64,000 bases of DNA from Nitrospinota bacterium. Lineage in GTDB: Bacteria > UBA8248. Location of the stretch: the NCBI GenBank assembly GCA_030754595.1, contig JASLZZ010000077.1:33701-97700 (forward strand), written 5' to 3'. The notes beneath the pieces are model-generated. The model saw nothing but the letters and a program-made list of their open reading frames with translations. It did no database searches and was not told where the DNA came from. A program made the translations under genes and the position numbers. Positions 1-8,659 of the stretch are shown here, in pieces; positions within the stretch are counted from its first letter, which is position 1; the number at the start of each line of letters is the position of its first letter.

Positions 1-287
1 AGAGAAGAGCCCGCCGTGGAAGGAAAATCCGCCAGGGGCAGATCATCGGCCTGGTCGGCTCGACGGGTCTCTCGACCGGGCCCCACCTGGATTTTCGAAT
101 CAAGCGAAACGGCACGCCGATGAACCCCCTGTCGGCGCGGCTTCCGGCCGGAAACCCGGTGCCGGGCCGGCGATTACGGGAATTCAGGAGGTTGGCCAAA
201 AGCCGGATCGCCCAACTGAAGAGCGTCCCCCTTCTCGCCGTGGCCGCGGATATGGCCTCGGCCCGCTCCCCTCAACCCGCTTTTTAG
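1..287 (+). CDS. M23/LytM-family metallopeptidase, C-terminal fragment (5' end outside window)
   Basis: Frame 3 reads ...[32 protein letters not shown]..., which matches the M23 catalytic-core pattern. The frame runs to TAG at 285-287. Confidence 0.75.
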   Translation, partial: RRARRGRKIRQGQIIGLVGSTGLSTGPHLDFRIKRNGTPMNPLSARLPAGNPVPGRRLREFRRLAKSRIAQLKSVPLLAVAADMASARSPQPAF

Positions 288-292
288 GAGAG

Positions 293-814
293 GTGCCCCG
301 AAAAGTGTATCTTCCGTACGAAGGAAAGCTCCCCAAAGTCCATGAAACGGCCTGGATTGCCGAAACCGCCGTCCTCATCGGAGATGTCGAGATCGATGAG
401 GAAAGCAGCATTTGGTACGGTTGCGTTTTGCGCGGTGATGAAATGCCGATCCGGGTCGGCAAGCGCACAAATGTCCAGGATGTGTCCATCCTCCATATCG
501 AGGGGGGAAAATGCCCCTGTATTTTGGGAGACGATGTTTCGATAGGACATGGGGCGATTGTCCACGGCTGCGAGGTACGCGACGGCGCCCTCATCGCCAT
601 GGGCGCGATCGTGTTGAACGATGTAATCGTCGGAGAAGGCGCCGTCGTCGGGGCCGGGGCATTGGTCCCCGAGGGAAAGGAGATCCCGCCGGGCACGCTC
701 TGGATGGGCACCCCGGCGAAATTTGTGCGGGATCTTCGCAATGACGAAAAAGAACGCTTCAAGAAGACGCCGCAGAGCTACTCACACCTCAAGGAACGCT
801 ACCGGAACGGGTAG
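293..814 (+). CDS. Gamma-carbonic-anhydrase-like / hexapeptide-repeat (LbH) family protein
   Basis: GTG start sits just after AGGAGAGG. Left-handed beta-helix repeats (VLIGDVEI, VLRGDEMPIRVGKRTNVQD, SIGHGAIVHGC, IAMGAIVLNDVIVGEGAVVGAGALV) are typical of the YrdA/PaaY gamma-CA-like family. Confidence 0.8.
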   Translation: MPRKVYLPYEGKLPKVHETAWIAETAVLIGDVEIDEESSIWYGCVLRGDEMPIRVGKRTNVQDVSILHIEGGKCPCILGDDVSIGHGAIVHGCEVRDGALIAMGAIVLNDVIVGEGAVVGAGALVPEGKEIPPGTLWMGTPAKFVRDLRNDEKERFKKTPQSYSHLKERYRNG

Positions 815-840
815 CCCTCCTGCCGCAACAGGTTTCAGTC

Positions 841-1785
841 TTGATGATATCCGGTAAAAACGTACCGGCGCGCTCGCTCGCGGCGGTTGTCGATCTCGGG
901 ACAAATGCGGCCCGGCTCGCGGCGGCCTCGCTGGACGCCTCGGGCGCTTTCGTTTCCGAGGGCAGGTGGCGAGAGTTGATTCGCCTCGGCGAGGGGGTCG
1001 AGGAGACGGGCCGAATCTCGGATGGCGCGATGGCTCGCGGTTTTGAAACCCTGGAAAGGTTCTCCCGTCTCATCGAAGGGATGGGGGCGGATCGGGTGGA
1101 CGCTCTGGCGACCAGCGCTCTCAGGGAGGCATCGAACGGCGGGGAGTTCCTGGCCGGAGCGAGGGAGCTGGGCATCCCGCTCCGCGTGATATCCGCCGAG
1201 GAAGAGGCCCGGCTCGCCCTCATCGGGGTTCTCGCCTCGATGGAGGAGCGCCCGCGCGGGGCACTGGTTTTCGATGTCGGCGGCGGGAGTCTCGAATTGA
1301 TTCGTTCCGAGGGCGGAAAGGTGTCGGAGATGGCGAGCCTCCTGGCGGGGGTAGTCTCCCTATCCGAGAGATATCTCCGGGATATCCCCACCCCACCGTC
1401 GCAGGTAGTTTCTTGTGCCGATGATATCCGCGCCATGTTGGGGACCGTTCCCCTGGACGCGGAGGAGGTGGCCGATCTCCCCCTGATCGGGTGCGGCGGG
1501 GCGGTCGCGCTCGCTTGGTTTATCCGCGAGGGCTACGCCGGGGATTTGGGGATCAACGGAGCCATCCTCGGCCTGGGTGAAATCGAGGACTGGGCTGGAA
1601 AATTCGCTGCCCTGGATATGGCGGGGCGCCGCTCGTTGCCGGGTTTTGAGCCGGGCCGTGAGGATGTCGCCTTGGCCGGTCTCGTTGTCCTCCGGGAGGT
1701 CCTCAGATGGGCCGGCCAATTTTCCCTCCGCGTTTCCACAGGCGGGGTGCGGGAAGGGCGGTTAATTGAGCTCCTCTCGGAATGA
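841..1785 (+). CDS. Ppx/GppA-family phosphatase (exopolyphosphatase-like, N-terminal ASKHA domains only)
   Basis: VVDLGTNAARL phosphate-1 motif and FDVGGGSLEL motif. The true start is either TTG 841 or ATG 844. Confidence 0.8.
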   Translation: MMISGKNVPARSLAAVVDLGTNAARLAAASLDASGAFVSEGRWRELIRLGEGVEETGRISDGAMARGFETLERFSRLIEGMGADRVDALATSALREASNGGEFLAGARELGIPLRVISAEEEARLALIGVLASMEERPRGALVFDVGGGSLELIRSEGGKVSEMASLLAGVVSLSERYLRDIPTPPSQVVSCADDIRAMLGTVPLDAEEVADLPLIGCGGAVALAWFIREGYAGDLGINGAILGLGEIEDWAGKFAALDMAGRRSLPGFEPGREDVALAGLVVLREVLRWAGQFSLRVSTGGVREGRLIELLSE

Positions 1786-1852
1786 ACCCACAATATGTTA
1801 ATAATCAATTGTTTATGTTGCCGAATCCTCCCGGGATTTCCCGAATTTTAGA

Positions 1853-1882
1853 TTGACACAGCCCCAGAATGATCCCTATAGT
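1853..1882 (+). promoter_or_regulatory. Candidate sigma70-type promoter for the yceD-rpmF-plsX-fab operon
   Basis: TTGACA (1853-1858), an 18-nt spacer, then TATAGT (1877-1882), about 70 nt upstream of the yceD ATG in a locally AT-richer intergenic region. Confidence 0.4.
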
Positions 1883-1953
1883 CCACTTTGTTTGCTGGCC
1901 TCAGGAGGCATTTTTCCCGATTTTGCTCCCAGGTGGCATCCGGGAAGAAAATC

Positions 1954-2499
1954 ATGAATGATGACTTGAAATACTCCCTTGACCATATCCCTGAGGAAGG
2001 GCTGAAAATCGGGATTGAGGTGAAGGCAGACCTGTTGGATGTGGATGGCGGGAACTGGCCCCCTCTATCCGGCGTGAGATTGGAAGGAACTTTGGAGCGA
2101 ACGGGGGACCAAGAAGCGGTTTTCGGTGGACGGGTGCTCGGTTCTTTCTTGGTGGAATGCCATCTTGGGCTCGCCCAGATGAAATTTCCCGTCGAAGAGG
2201 AGTTGACGGTTTATTTTCAGCCCGCCTATCCCGAAGAAACTTGCTCGGGGGATGAGGTTGAACTGGGGGAGCGGGATCTCGAAGTGTACTATATTGAAAA
2301 TGACGGGGTGGATCTGTTGAATCCGCTTCGGGACCAGTTAGGCTTGGCCATTCCAATGCAGCCCCAGTGCCCGGATAAGTGCAAGGGTGAGGACCCTGAC
2401 CTATGCCGCCGCCTTCGGGTGGGCGAGGGGGTTGGCTCGGAAATGGAGGGCGATCCACGTTGGACCGGTTTGAAAGAGTGGGGAAAAGTCGAAAGCTGA
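1954..2499 (+). CDS. yceD: YceD/DUF177 family protein (23S rRNA accumulation protein)
   Basis: Lies immediately upstream of rpmF, the conserved position for yceD. It is acidic and has a C-terminal Cys-containing segment (QCPDKCKGEDPDLC). The internal ATG 1954 is preferred over the track start at 1888. Confidence 0.7.
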   Translation: MNDDLKYSLDHIPEEGLKIGIEVKADLLDVDGGNWPPLSGVRLEGTLERTGDQEAVFGGRVLGSFLVECHLGLAQMKFPVEEELTVYFQPAYPEETCSGDEVELGERDLEVYYIENDGVDLLNPLRDQLGLAIPMQPQCPDKCKGEDPDLCRRLRVGEGVGSEMEGDPRWTGLKEWGKVES

Positions 2500-2568
2500 C
2501 AGCAACTGCTATCAATTGTAAACGATTGCCGGTTTTATTTTGGATTTAATTACAGGAGGCATTTTGAA

Positions 2569-2751
2569 ATGGCACTGCCAAAAACTCGCCACTCCCAGAC
2601 CCGGGGGCGCAAGCGGAGAACGCACTGGAAGGTGGCGAAGCCGGCCGTATCGGTGTGTTCGAACTGCGAGACCCCTGTATTGCCGCATCGCGTTTGCACG
2701 GCTTGTGGTTTCTACAAAGGACAAAAAGTCCTTGCCGTCAAAGAAGCCTGA
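2569..2751 (+). CDS. rpmF: 50S ribosomal protein L32
   Basis: MALPKTRHSQTRGRKRRTHWK... with a CxxC...CxxC zinc ribbon (CSNC...CTAC). 60 aa. GGAGG lies upstream. Confidence 0.95.
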   Translation: MALPKTRHSQTRGRKRRTHWKVAKPAVSVCSNCETPVLPHRVCTACGFYKGQKVLAVKEA

Positions 2752-2774
2752 GGGCCCTTCCCAAGGGTGAACCA

Positions 2775-3905
2775 ATGAAAATCGCAGTGGATGCCATGGG
2801 CGGAGATAACGCCCCATCGGCAGTCGTCGAGGGAGCGGTTCTCGCCTACCAGGAATTGGGTATCGAGACCATTCTGACCGGAATTCCGGAAAGGATTGAT
2901 TCTGAGCTTTCCCGGCTGGGCGCCCGCGGTCTCCCGCTGGAAATTCGCGGTGCGGAGCAGATTATCGAAATGGGAGAGTCCCCGTCGCGGGCCCTTAAAT
3001 CCAAACCGAACTCTTCGATGCGGGTGGCCGCCGAGGCGGTCAAGAAAGGCGATGCGTCGGCGGTATTCAGCGCCGGCGATACGGGTGGTGCGTTTGCCGT
3101 CTCTCTTCATGTCCTCCGGCGAATGAAGGGGGTATTGAGACCGGCGATAGCGGCGCTGATTCCCACTCTGAAGGGTTTTTGCATCATGCTCGATGTCGGG
3201 GCCAATCTGGTTCCAAAGGCGCAGCATCTTTTTCAGTTCGGTGTCATGGGTCAAATCTATTCCGAACTTGCGCTGGAAGTAACCAAGCCGACTGTCGGCC
3301 TGCTGAATGTCGGCGGCGAGGACTCAAAAGGAACCGATGCTATCAGGTCCGCCCACGAACTATTCTCCAAAAGCGATCTGAATTTTATGGGAAATGTCGA
3401 AGGAAGCACCATTTTTCAGGGTGCCGTGGATGTCATCGTATGCGACGGTTTCTCGGGAAATGTGGCGCTGAAAGTAAGCGAAAGCTTGAGCGAAATGCTC
3501 ACCACCCTTCTCCGGGAGGAGGTCACCCACTCTGTCCGGAGTAAAATCGGGTATATGTTCTTACAGAACGGCTTGAAATCCATGCGCAAAAGGACGGATT
3601 ATTCCGAGTATGGCGCTGCCCCGCTGCTGGGACTCGACGGTCTATGCACTATCGGCCACGGGCGGAGCAACCCCAAAGCGGTCAAGAACGCCCTGAAGGC
3701 GACTTCACGGTTGGTGGAAAAGCAGTTAACCGGTAAGATTGAGGGTGAGATCGACAGGCATCTTTCTGTCCAACGAAGCACCGAGGCCGGCTGGCGTCTT
3801 TGGAGTCAGATTCGAGAGGGAATTTTCCAGGGAGGTTCGTCGGACCAACCCGCCGCAGGTGATGAGCCTTCCGGCGAAGACGAAACGAACCTGATTAAGA
3901 AATAA
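2775..3905 (+). CDS. plsX: Phosphate acyltransferase PlsX (with about 40-aa acidic C-terminal extension)
   Basis: MKIAVDAMGGDNAP N-terminus with GNVALK and LLGL motifs. The ATG at 2775 is preferred because the longer track ORF overlaps rpmF. Confidence 0.92.
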   Translation: MKIAVDAMGGDNAPSAVVEGAVLAYQELGIETILTGIPERIDSELSRLGARGLPLEIRGAEQIIEMGESPSRALKSKPNSSMRVAAEAVKKGDASAVFSAGDTGGAFAVSLHVLRRMKGVLRPAIAALIPTLKGFCIMLDVGANLVPKAQHLFQFGVMGQIYSELALEVTKPTVGLLNVGGEDSKGTDAIRSAHELFSKSDLNFMGNVEGSTIFQGAVDVIVCDGFSGNVALKVSESLSEMLTTLLREEVTHSVRSKIGYMFLQNGLKSMRKRTDYSEYGAAPLLGLDGLCTIGHGRSNPKAVKNALKATSRLVEKQLTGKIEGEIDRHLSVQRSTEAGWRLWSQIREGIFQGGSSDQPAAGDEPSGEDETNLIKK

Positions 3906-3935
3906 AAGCAATCCCGCCCAAACCAGGTGTTGACT

Positions 3936-4922
3936 ATGACCCATTCCGTCATTTTGGGGACAGGTTCCTACGTCCCCGAAAAAGTGCTTACGAACCAGGA
4001 CCTGGAAAAAATTGTCGATACCACTGATGAGTGGATTTTCGAACGCACCGGCATCAGAGAACGCAGGGTTGCTCCCCCCAAGGCCGCGGCCTCCGATATA
4101 TCGATACCCGCTAGCAAAAACGCACTTGAGGCGGCCGGGATTTACCCCAAAGACATCGATTTGATCGTCGTGACCACACTGACCCCGGACTCCTTGTGTC
4201 CCTCGACGGCTTGTTGGCTTCAGGCCGAGATAGGGGCGGAGCGTGCGGCGGCTTTCGATCTCAACGCCGCATGTTCGGGTTTTGTGTATGGCCTCCAGGT
4301 GGGGGACGCTTATATTCGTTCGGGCCTCATGAAAAATATTCTGGTGGTGTCGGTGGACCTTATGACCCGCACTGTCGACTGGAGCGACCGGGGAACCTGT
4401 GTGCTCTGGGGGGACGGTGCCGGGGCGGTGGTCATGGGGCCTGCGGAAAACGGGGAGAAAGGTCTTATCGACTCCTATATCTACAGCGACGGCCACGACG
4501 CGGACAAGATCGTAATCATGGGCGGCGGCACGAAACTCCCCCCGATGACCCCCGAGGAAACCGAATCGAATGAGCGCACGCTGAAGATGAAGGGCCAGGA
4601 AACGTTCAAGACGGCTGTCCGTCATTTCACCGACGTTTGCAAGGAAGTCCTGGAAAAAAACGATATGACGGTTGATGATATCGATGTGTTTATCCCGCAT
4701 CAGGCGAATATCCGAATCATCGATGCGGTGGCCAAGCGATTGGAGTTGGACAGGGACAAGGTCGTCATTACGATTGACAAATATGGTAATATGTCTTCCG
4801 CCACGATTCCTGTCGCCCTGGACGAATGGGTAAGGGAGGGGAAGATCAGGCACGGAGACAATGTACTGATGGCCGCTTTCGGCGGTGGACTCACATGGGG
4901 CGCCGCGCTGGTCGAATGGTAA
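3936..4922 (+). CDS. fabH: 3-oxoacyl-ACP synthase III
   Basis: ILGTGSYVPEKVLTNQDLEKIVDTTDEWIFERTGIRERR, active-site ACSGF, and the C-terminal GGGLTWGA motif. Confidence 0.93.
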   Translation: MTHSVILGTGSYVPEKVLTNQDLEKIVDTTDEWIFERTGIRERRVAPPKAAASDISIPASKNALEAAGIYPKDIDLIVVTTLTPDSLCPSTACWLQAEIGAERAAAFDLNAACSGFVYGLQVGDAYIRSGLMKNILVVSVDLMTRTVDWSDRGTCVLWGDGAGAVVMGPAENGEKGLIDSYIYSDGHDADKIVIMGGGTKLPPMTPEETESNERTLKMKGQETFKTAVRHFTDVCKEVLEKNDMTVDDIDVFIPHQANIRIIDAVAKRLELDRDKVVITIDKYGNMSSATIPVALDEWVREGKIRHGDNVLMAAFGGGLTWGAALVEW

Positions 4923-5045
4923 ACGTAGACGGAACCCATCTTCCGCTAAGTCCGCCCTCGAAAACTGTCTCTACAACAATTACCGGCCCGACCCGCGCTC
5001 GTACTATGGGTGCAGGTGGAGTGTTTTAGGTTTCTGGAGGTTGAA

Positions 5046-5987
5046 TTGAGTTCCTCTCGAATCGCTTTTCTGTTTCCGGGTCAGGGCTCTCAGCACGTGG
5101 GCATGGGGAAGGATTTTTACAACCGCTATCCTTTCGCCCGCGAGGTTTACGAGCAGGCAAACGATATTCTCGGGTGGGATATCGCCAAGCTCAGTTTTGA
5201 GGGGCCCAAAGAGAAATTGACGCTGACATCGAACACACAACCCGCAATCATGGTGCATAGTTATATCGCCTGCACGCTGCTCATGGAAAATGGCGTTAAT
5301 CCGTCTCTGGCGATGGGTCATAGCCTGGGCGAGTACTCCGCGCTGCTCGCGGCGGGGGCAATGGATTTCCCCACCGCGCTTTGCCTGGTGAAGGAGCGCG
5401 GTAGGTTCATGCACAGCACCGTTCCGGAGAGCGGTGGCGCCATGGCGGCTCTGCTCGGCCTCGATCGCGAGGTTGTAGAGGCGATATGCCGGGAAGCGAG
5501 CGGCGTCGTCGAAGTCGCCAACTATAATGCGCCTGGCCAGATTGTCATCTCTGGCGAGCAGGATGCGGTGGAGGCGGCGGTTTCTCTGGCCAAGGACCGG
5601 GGAGTGCGCAAGGCGGTGATGTTGCCGGTCGGAGCACCGTTCCACAGCTCCCTGCTCGAGGAGGCGGGCCGGCGGATGCGCGAAGTTCTCGAGTCGGTGA
5701 GTTTCTCTGAGTTGACGATTCCGGTCTACTCCAATGTGACCAGCCAACCTGTCATAGACTCTGAAGAAGCCCGAGAACTCCTTAAAAAGCAGGTGCGAGC
5801 CGCCGTCCGGTGGGAGGATTCGGTTCGCTCCGCCGAGCGGGAGAACATTAGCGCTTTTATCGAGGTGGGCCCCGGAAGAGTCCTTTCGGGACTCAACAAG
5901 AGAATCGTCAGGGAAGTCCCTGTTTTCAACGTCGAGGATTCGGAGAGTTTGGAGAAAACATTGTCGAAAGTCGCCGGCCTGAGTTAA
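5046..5987 (+). CDS. fabD: Malonyl-CoA:ACP transacylase
   Basis: IAFLFPGQGSQ and GHSLGEYSAL motifs. The probable TTG start at 5046 lies 6 nt after TGGAGG. The track start at 5010 is also possible. Confidence 0.9.
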   Translation: MSSSRIAFLFPGQGSQHVGMGKDFYNRYPFAREVYEQANDILGWDIAKLSFEGPKEKLTLTSNTQPAIMVHSYIACTLLMENGVNPSLAMGHSLGEYSALLAAGAMDFPTALCLVKERGRFMHSTVPESGGAMAALLGLDREVVEAICREASGVVEVANYNAPGQIVISGEQDAVEAAVSLAKDRGVRKAVMLPVGAPFHSSLLEEAGRRMREVLESVSFSELTIPVYSNVTSQPVIDSEEARELLKKQVRAAVRWEDSVRSAERENISAFIEVGPGRVLSGLNKRIVREVPVFNVEDSESLEKTLSKVAGLS

Positions 5988-6108
5988 CCGGTGTGGGAAT
6001 ATGGAATAATTGTCAGGGTTCACCGGCCCGGAGCCTTGAAGCTGAATGGAGCCGTTCAGTTTATGCGGGTATCCGGGGAGTGTGAAATCTCGCCAGGGAG
6101 GAAGATTT

Positions 6109-6345
6109 GTGGCGGAAAACGTTGAAGAGAGAGTGAAGGAAATCATTGTAGAGCAGTTGAGCGTGAACGCCGACAAGGTGGTTTCGGAGGCATCATTCAT
6201 AAACGATCTGGGGGCGGATTCTCTCGATACCGTTGAACTTGTCATGGCTTTTGAAGAAAAATTCGGTCTCGAAATTCCCGACGAGGCTGCCGAAAAAATC
6301 GCCACGGTTCAAGACGCCGTCTCCTACATCGAGGAAAATGGCTAG
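6109..6345 (+). CDS. acpP: Acyl carrier protein
   Basis: GTG start after [27 protein letters not shown] carries the phosphopantetheine-attachment Ser. 78 aa. The stop TAG (6343-6345) overlaps the end of the MITE. Confidence 0.93.
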   Translation: MAENVEERVKEIIVEQLSVNADKVVSEASFINDLGADSLDTVELVMAFEEKFGLEIPDEAAEKIATVQDAVSYIEENG

Positions 6346-6455
6346 AGGTCATTTCATAACCTCTTTCGCGGAATCTTCGTCCGTCAAAGGCCTTGATTTT
6401 ATCGGCCTTCTCACAGGGGTGGAAACCTCGGAAATGGGTTATGAAATGACTTCTA
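6343..6455 (+). mobile_element. MITE-like element, copy A (109-bp core, 17-bp terminal inverted repeats, flanked by TA/TA)
   Basis: Core 6345-6453 begins GAGGTCATTTCATAACC and ends GGTTATGAAATGACTTC (16/17 inverted match). It is flanked by TA on both sides. Its reverse complement matches 13767-13875 at 108/109 positions. Confidence 0.85.
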
Positions 6456-6509
6456 GGCCGAATGAGAAGTAGTGGGCTTTTTAACCTCGGCTAATTTTTG
6501 AACTGGAGA

Positions 6510-7778
6510 ATGTGGAAAGTGTCCAAGGATATTCGCGTTGTTGTTACCGGCATGGGTTTGATCACCCCCCTCGGAGTGGGCCTTCAGGAAAACTGGGACG
6601 CGTTGATGACGGGGAAATCGGGAATCGGTCCGGTGACCCGGTTCAACTCAGAGCGCCTGCCTTCGCAGATTTCTGGAGAGGTGAAGGACTTTAATCCGGA
6701 AGATTATATCGAGCGAAAAGAAATCAAGAAGATGGACACTTTCATCCAGTTCGTATTGGCCGCCACAAAAATGGCTTTTGACGATGCAGGATTGAAGAAG
6801 CCAGAAGAAGATATCGCACCCCGCTACGGCGCTGTCATCGGAGTAGGGCTGGGCGGCTTGCCGGCCATTGAGAAACACAAGGATATCCTTGAGGAAAAGG
6901 GGCCAAAAAGGCTGAGCCCGTTTTTTATCCCGATGCTGCTGGCCAATTTGGCGGCCGGCCAGGTGTCCATGCGTTGGGGCCTCAAAGGGCCGAACACCTG
7001 CACGGTGACGGCTTGCGCGTCGAGCAACCATGCCATCGGCGATGCGATGAAATTTATCCAGCGCGGAATTGCCGACGTCATGGTGTCGGGGGGGGGCGAA
7101 TCCTGCATCACGGAACTCGCCATGGGCGGATTTTGCGCAATGAAAGCCCTGAGCACCTGGAACGAAGACCCCGAACGCGCCAGTAGGCCATTCGATGCCG
7201 ACCGGAACGGGTTTGTGATGGGTGAAGGGTCCGGAGTGCTGATCCTTGAGCGTTACGAGCATGCTGCCGAAAGGGGAGCTAAAATTTACGCCGAAGTGTC
7301 GGGTTACGGTCTAAGCGCCGATGCATACCATATCACCTCTCCCTCTCCCGATGGCGAAGGGGCCGCCAGGTCCATGGAAATGGCCATGCAAGACGCGGGT
7401 ATCAGCATCGATGATGTCCACTACATCAACGCTCACGGAACTTCCACGCCCGGCGGCGATAAGCTCGAGACTGTAGCGATCAAGCGCACCTTTGGTGAGA
7501 AGGCTTACAATATTCCGGTTAGCTCGACCAAATCGATGACCGGCCATCTGCTTGGAGCGGCCGGGGGCATCGAATCGATCTTCACGATTCTCTCTATTCA
7601 GAACGGGACTGTACCGCCCACCATCAACCAAGATACCCCTGATCCGGAATGCGATCTGGATTACGTTCCCAACCAGCCCCGTAAGGCGGACATCCGCTGT
7701 GCCATTACGAACTCCTTCGGATTCGGCGGGACGAACGCATCGATCCTCTTCCGCAAGCCCGAAGCGGAAGTCGCCTAA
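6510..7778 (+). CDS. fabF: 3-oxoacyl-ACP synthase II
   Basis: VVVTGMGLITPLG N-terminus, active-site ACASS, HGTSTP, and the GFGGTNASILF C-terminus. Confidence 0.93.
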   Translation: MWKVSKDIRVVVTGMGLITPLGVGLQENWDALMTGKSGIGPVTRFNSERLPSQISGEVKDFNPEDYIERKEIKKMDTFIQFVLAATKMAFDDAGLKKPEEDIAPRYGAVIGVGLGGLPAIEKHKDILEEKGPKRLSPFFIPMLLANLAAGQVSMRWGLKGPNTCTVTACASSNHAIGDAMKFIQRGIADVMVSGGGESCITELAMGGFCAMKALSTWNEDPERASRPFDADRNGFVMGEGSGVLILERYEHAAERGAKIYAEVSGYGLSADAYHITSPSPDGEGAARSMEMAMQDAGISIDDVHYINAHGTSTPGGDKLETVAIKRTFGEKAYNIPVSSTKSMTGHLLGAAGGIESIFTILSIQNGTVPPTINQDTPDPECDLDYVPNQPRKADIRCAITNSFGFGGTNASILFRKPEAEVA

Positions 7779-8535
7779 GCCTCGGCGGGCGAAAGGCGCA
7801 GGGCGTTCTTCCAGAAAAAAAGAAATTCTCTCTCGTCCGATCCGAGAGCTTGAAGAACGGCTCGGCCATCATTTTTCGGACCCCCGGCTCATCCTCCAGG
7901 CGCTTACACACCGTTCCTTTTCCCAGGAAGCCATTCCTCTCGAGGCAGATAACGAAAGGCTTGAATTCCTGGGAGATGCCGTCCTTCAGTTGATTGTCAC
8001 GATGCGGCTCTGGACCGAGCCGAAAGAAGAGGATGAGGGGGTTTTGACGCGTCGCCGATCAGAAAGGGTCAGTGGGCGCGCCTTGGCCAGAGTCGCGCGC
8101 GAGATGGACTTGGCCGCTTGTCTGAGGCTTGGCAAGGGAGAGCTCAAGACCGGCGGCCGCCAGAAGCCCTCGATCATGGCTGATGCCCTGGAAGCGGTCG
8201 TGGGGGCGATATATTTGGACGCAGGCTTTGCGCAGTGCGCCGAAGTGGTGGAATCGTGGCTTTGGAAAGGAGCGGATGACAATTTGGCGGACGTTCTGGC
8301 AGAGGACTATAAAAGCCAGTTGCAACAGGAGCTTCAGCGGCTAGGAAAGCGTCTTCCGGCCTACCGCGTAAAGAGTGAATCCGGCCCTGAGCACAACAAG
8401 ATATTCAAAGTCGAGGTGCGCCACGGAGGGCAGGTGCTGGGAATCGGCTTCGGCAAAAGCAAAAAAGAAGCGGAGCAGGTCGCTGCCCAAGAGTCCATCG
8501 CGGCTCTTGTGAGGGAAAAAAAAGGTCCGCCCTGA
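7699..8535 (+). CDS. rnc: Ribonuclease III (start codon uncertain)
   Basis: ALTHRS and ERLEFLGDAVL signatures with a C-terminal dsRBD (DYKSQLQQELQ...GKSKKEAEQVAAQ). The only canonical in-frame starts are GTG 7699 (80-nt overlap with fabF) and TTG 7552. The conserved N-terminus begins near ATT 7825. Confidence 0.85.
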   Translation: MPLRTPSDSAGRTHRSSSASPKRKSPKPRRAKGAGRSSRKKEILSRPIRELEERLGHHFSDPRLILQALTHRSFSQEAIPLEADNERLEFLGDAVLQLIVTMRLWTEPKEEDEGVLTRRRSERVSGRALARVAREMDLAACLRLGKGELKTGGRQKPSIMADALEAVVGAIYLDAGFAQCAEVVESWLWKGADDNLADVLAEDYKSQLQQELQRLGKRLPAYRVKSESGPEHNKIFKVEVRHGGQVLGIGFGKSKKEAEQVAAQESIAALVREKKGPP

Positions 8536-8578
8536 AAAAGCCGCAAGAGTCCAACCCACTAAATTTCTCTTTGCGCCG

Positions 8579-8626
8579 CAGGGCGGATTCTGTTAACGTG
8601 AATGCTCCTACCGCCCTGATTTTTTT
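8579..8626 (+). terminator. Candidate intrinsic terminator after rnc
   Basis: CAGGGCGG (8579-8586) pairs with CCGCCCTG (8611-8618) and is followed by a T7 run (8620-8626). The loop is long, at 24 nt. Confidence 0.45.
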
Positions 8627-8659
8627 GATAATACACAGTCGCCTGTCGAGGATCATGAC

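Noticed and set aside
2655-2774. Long N-terminal extensions suggested by the track ORFs for several genes: plsX (2655), DUF374 (41593), gmhB (48647), rnc (7552), carbamoyltransferase (58900), GT4 (61985 and 53789), methyltransferase (63219), uvrB (20802) and lptG (46351).
   Set aside because: The extensions run through the preceding gene in another frame and have Arg/Gly/Pro-rich nonsense composition. In each case an internal ATG or GTG gives the family-typical N-terminus, usually in a 4-nt overlap with the upstream stop.
6233-6472. Two small ORFs (6233-6472 on the plus strand, 13727-13918 on the minus strand) that share a nearly identical roughly 35-aa peptide, suggesting a duplicated small gene.
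   Set aside because: The shared peptide is exactly the MITE core read through. The ORFs extend into unrelated flanks, one overlaps acpP out of frame, and neither has an SD.
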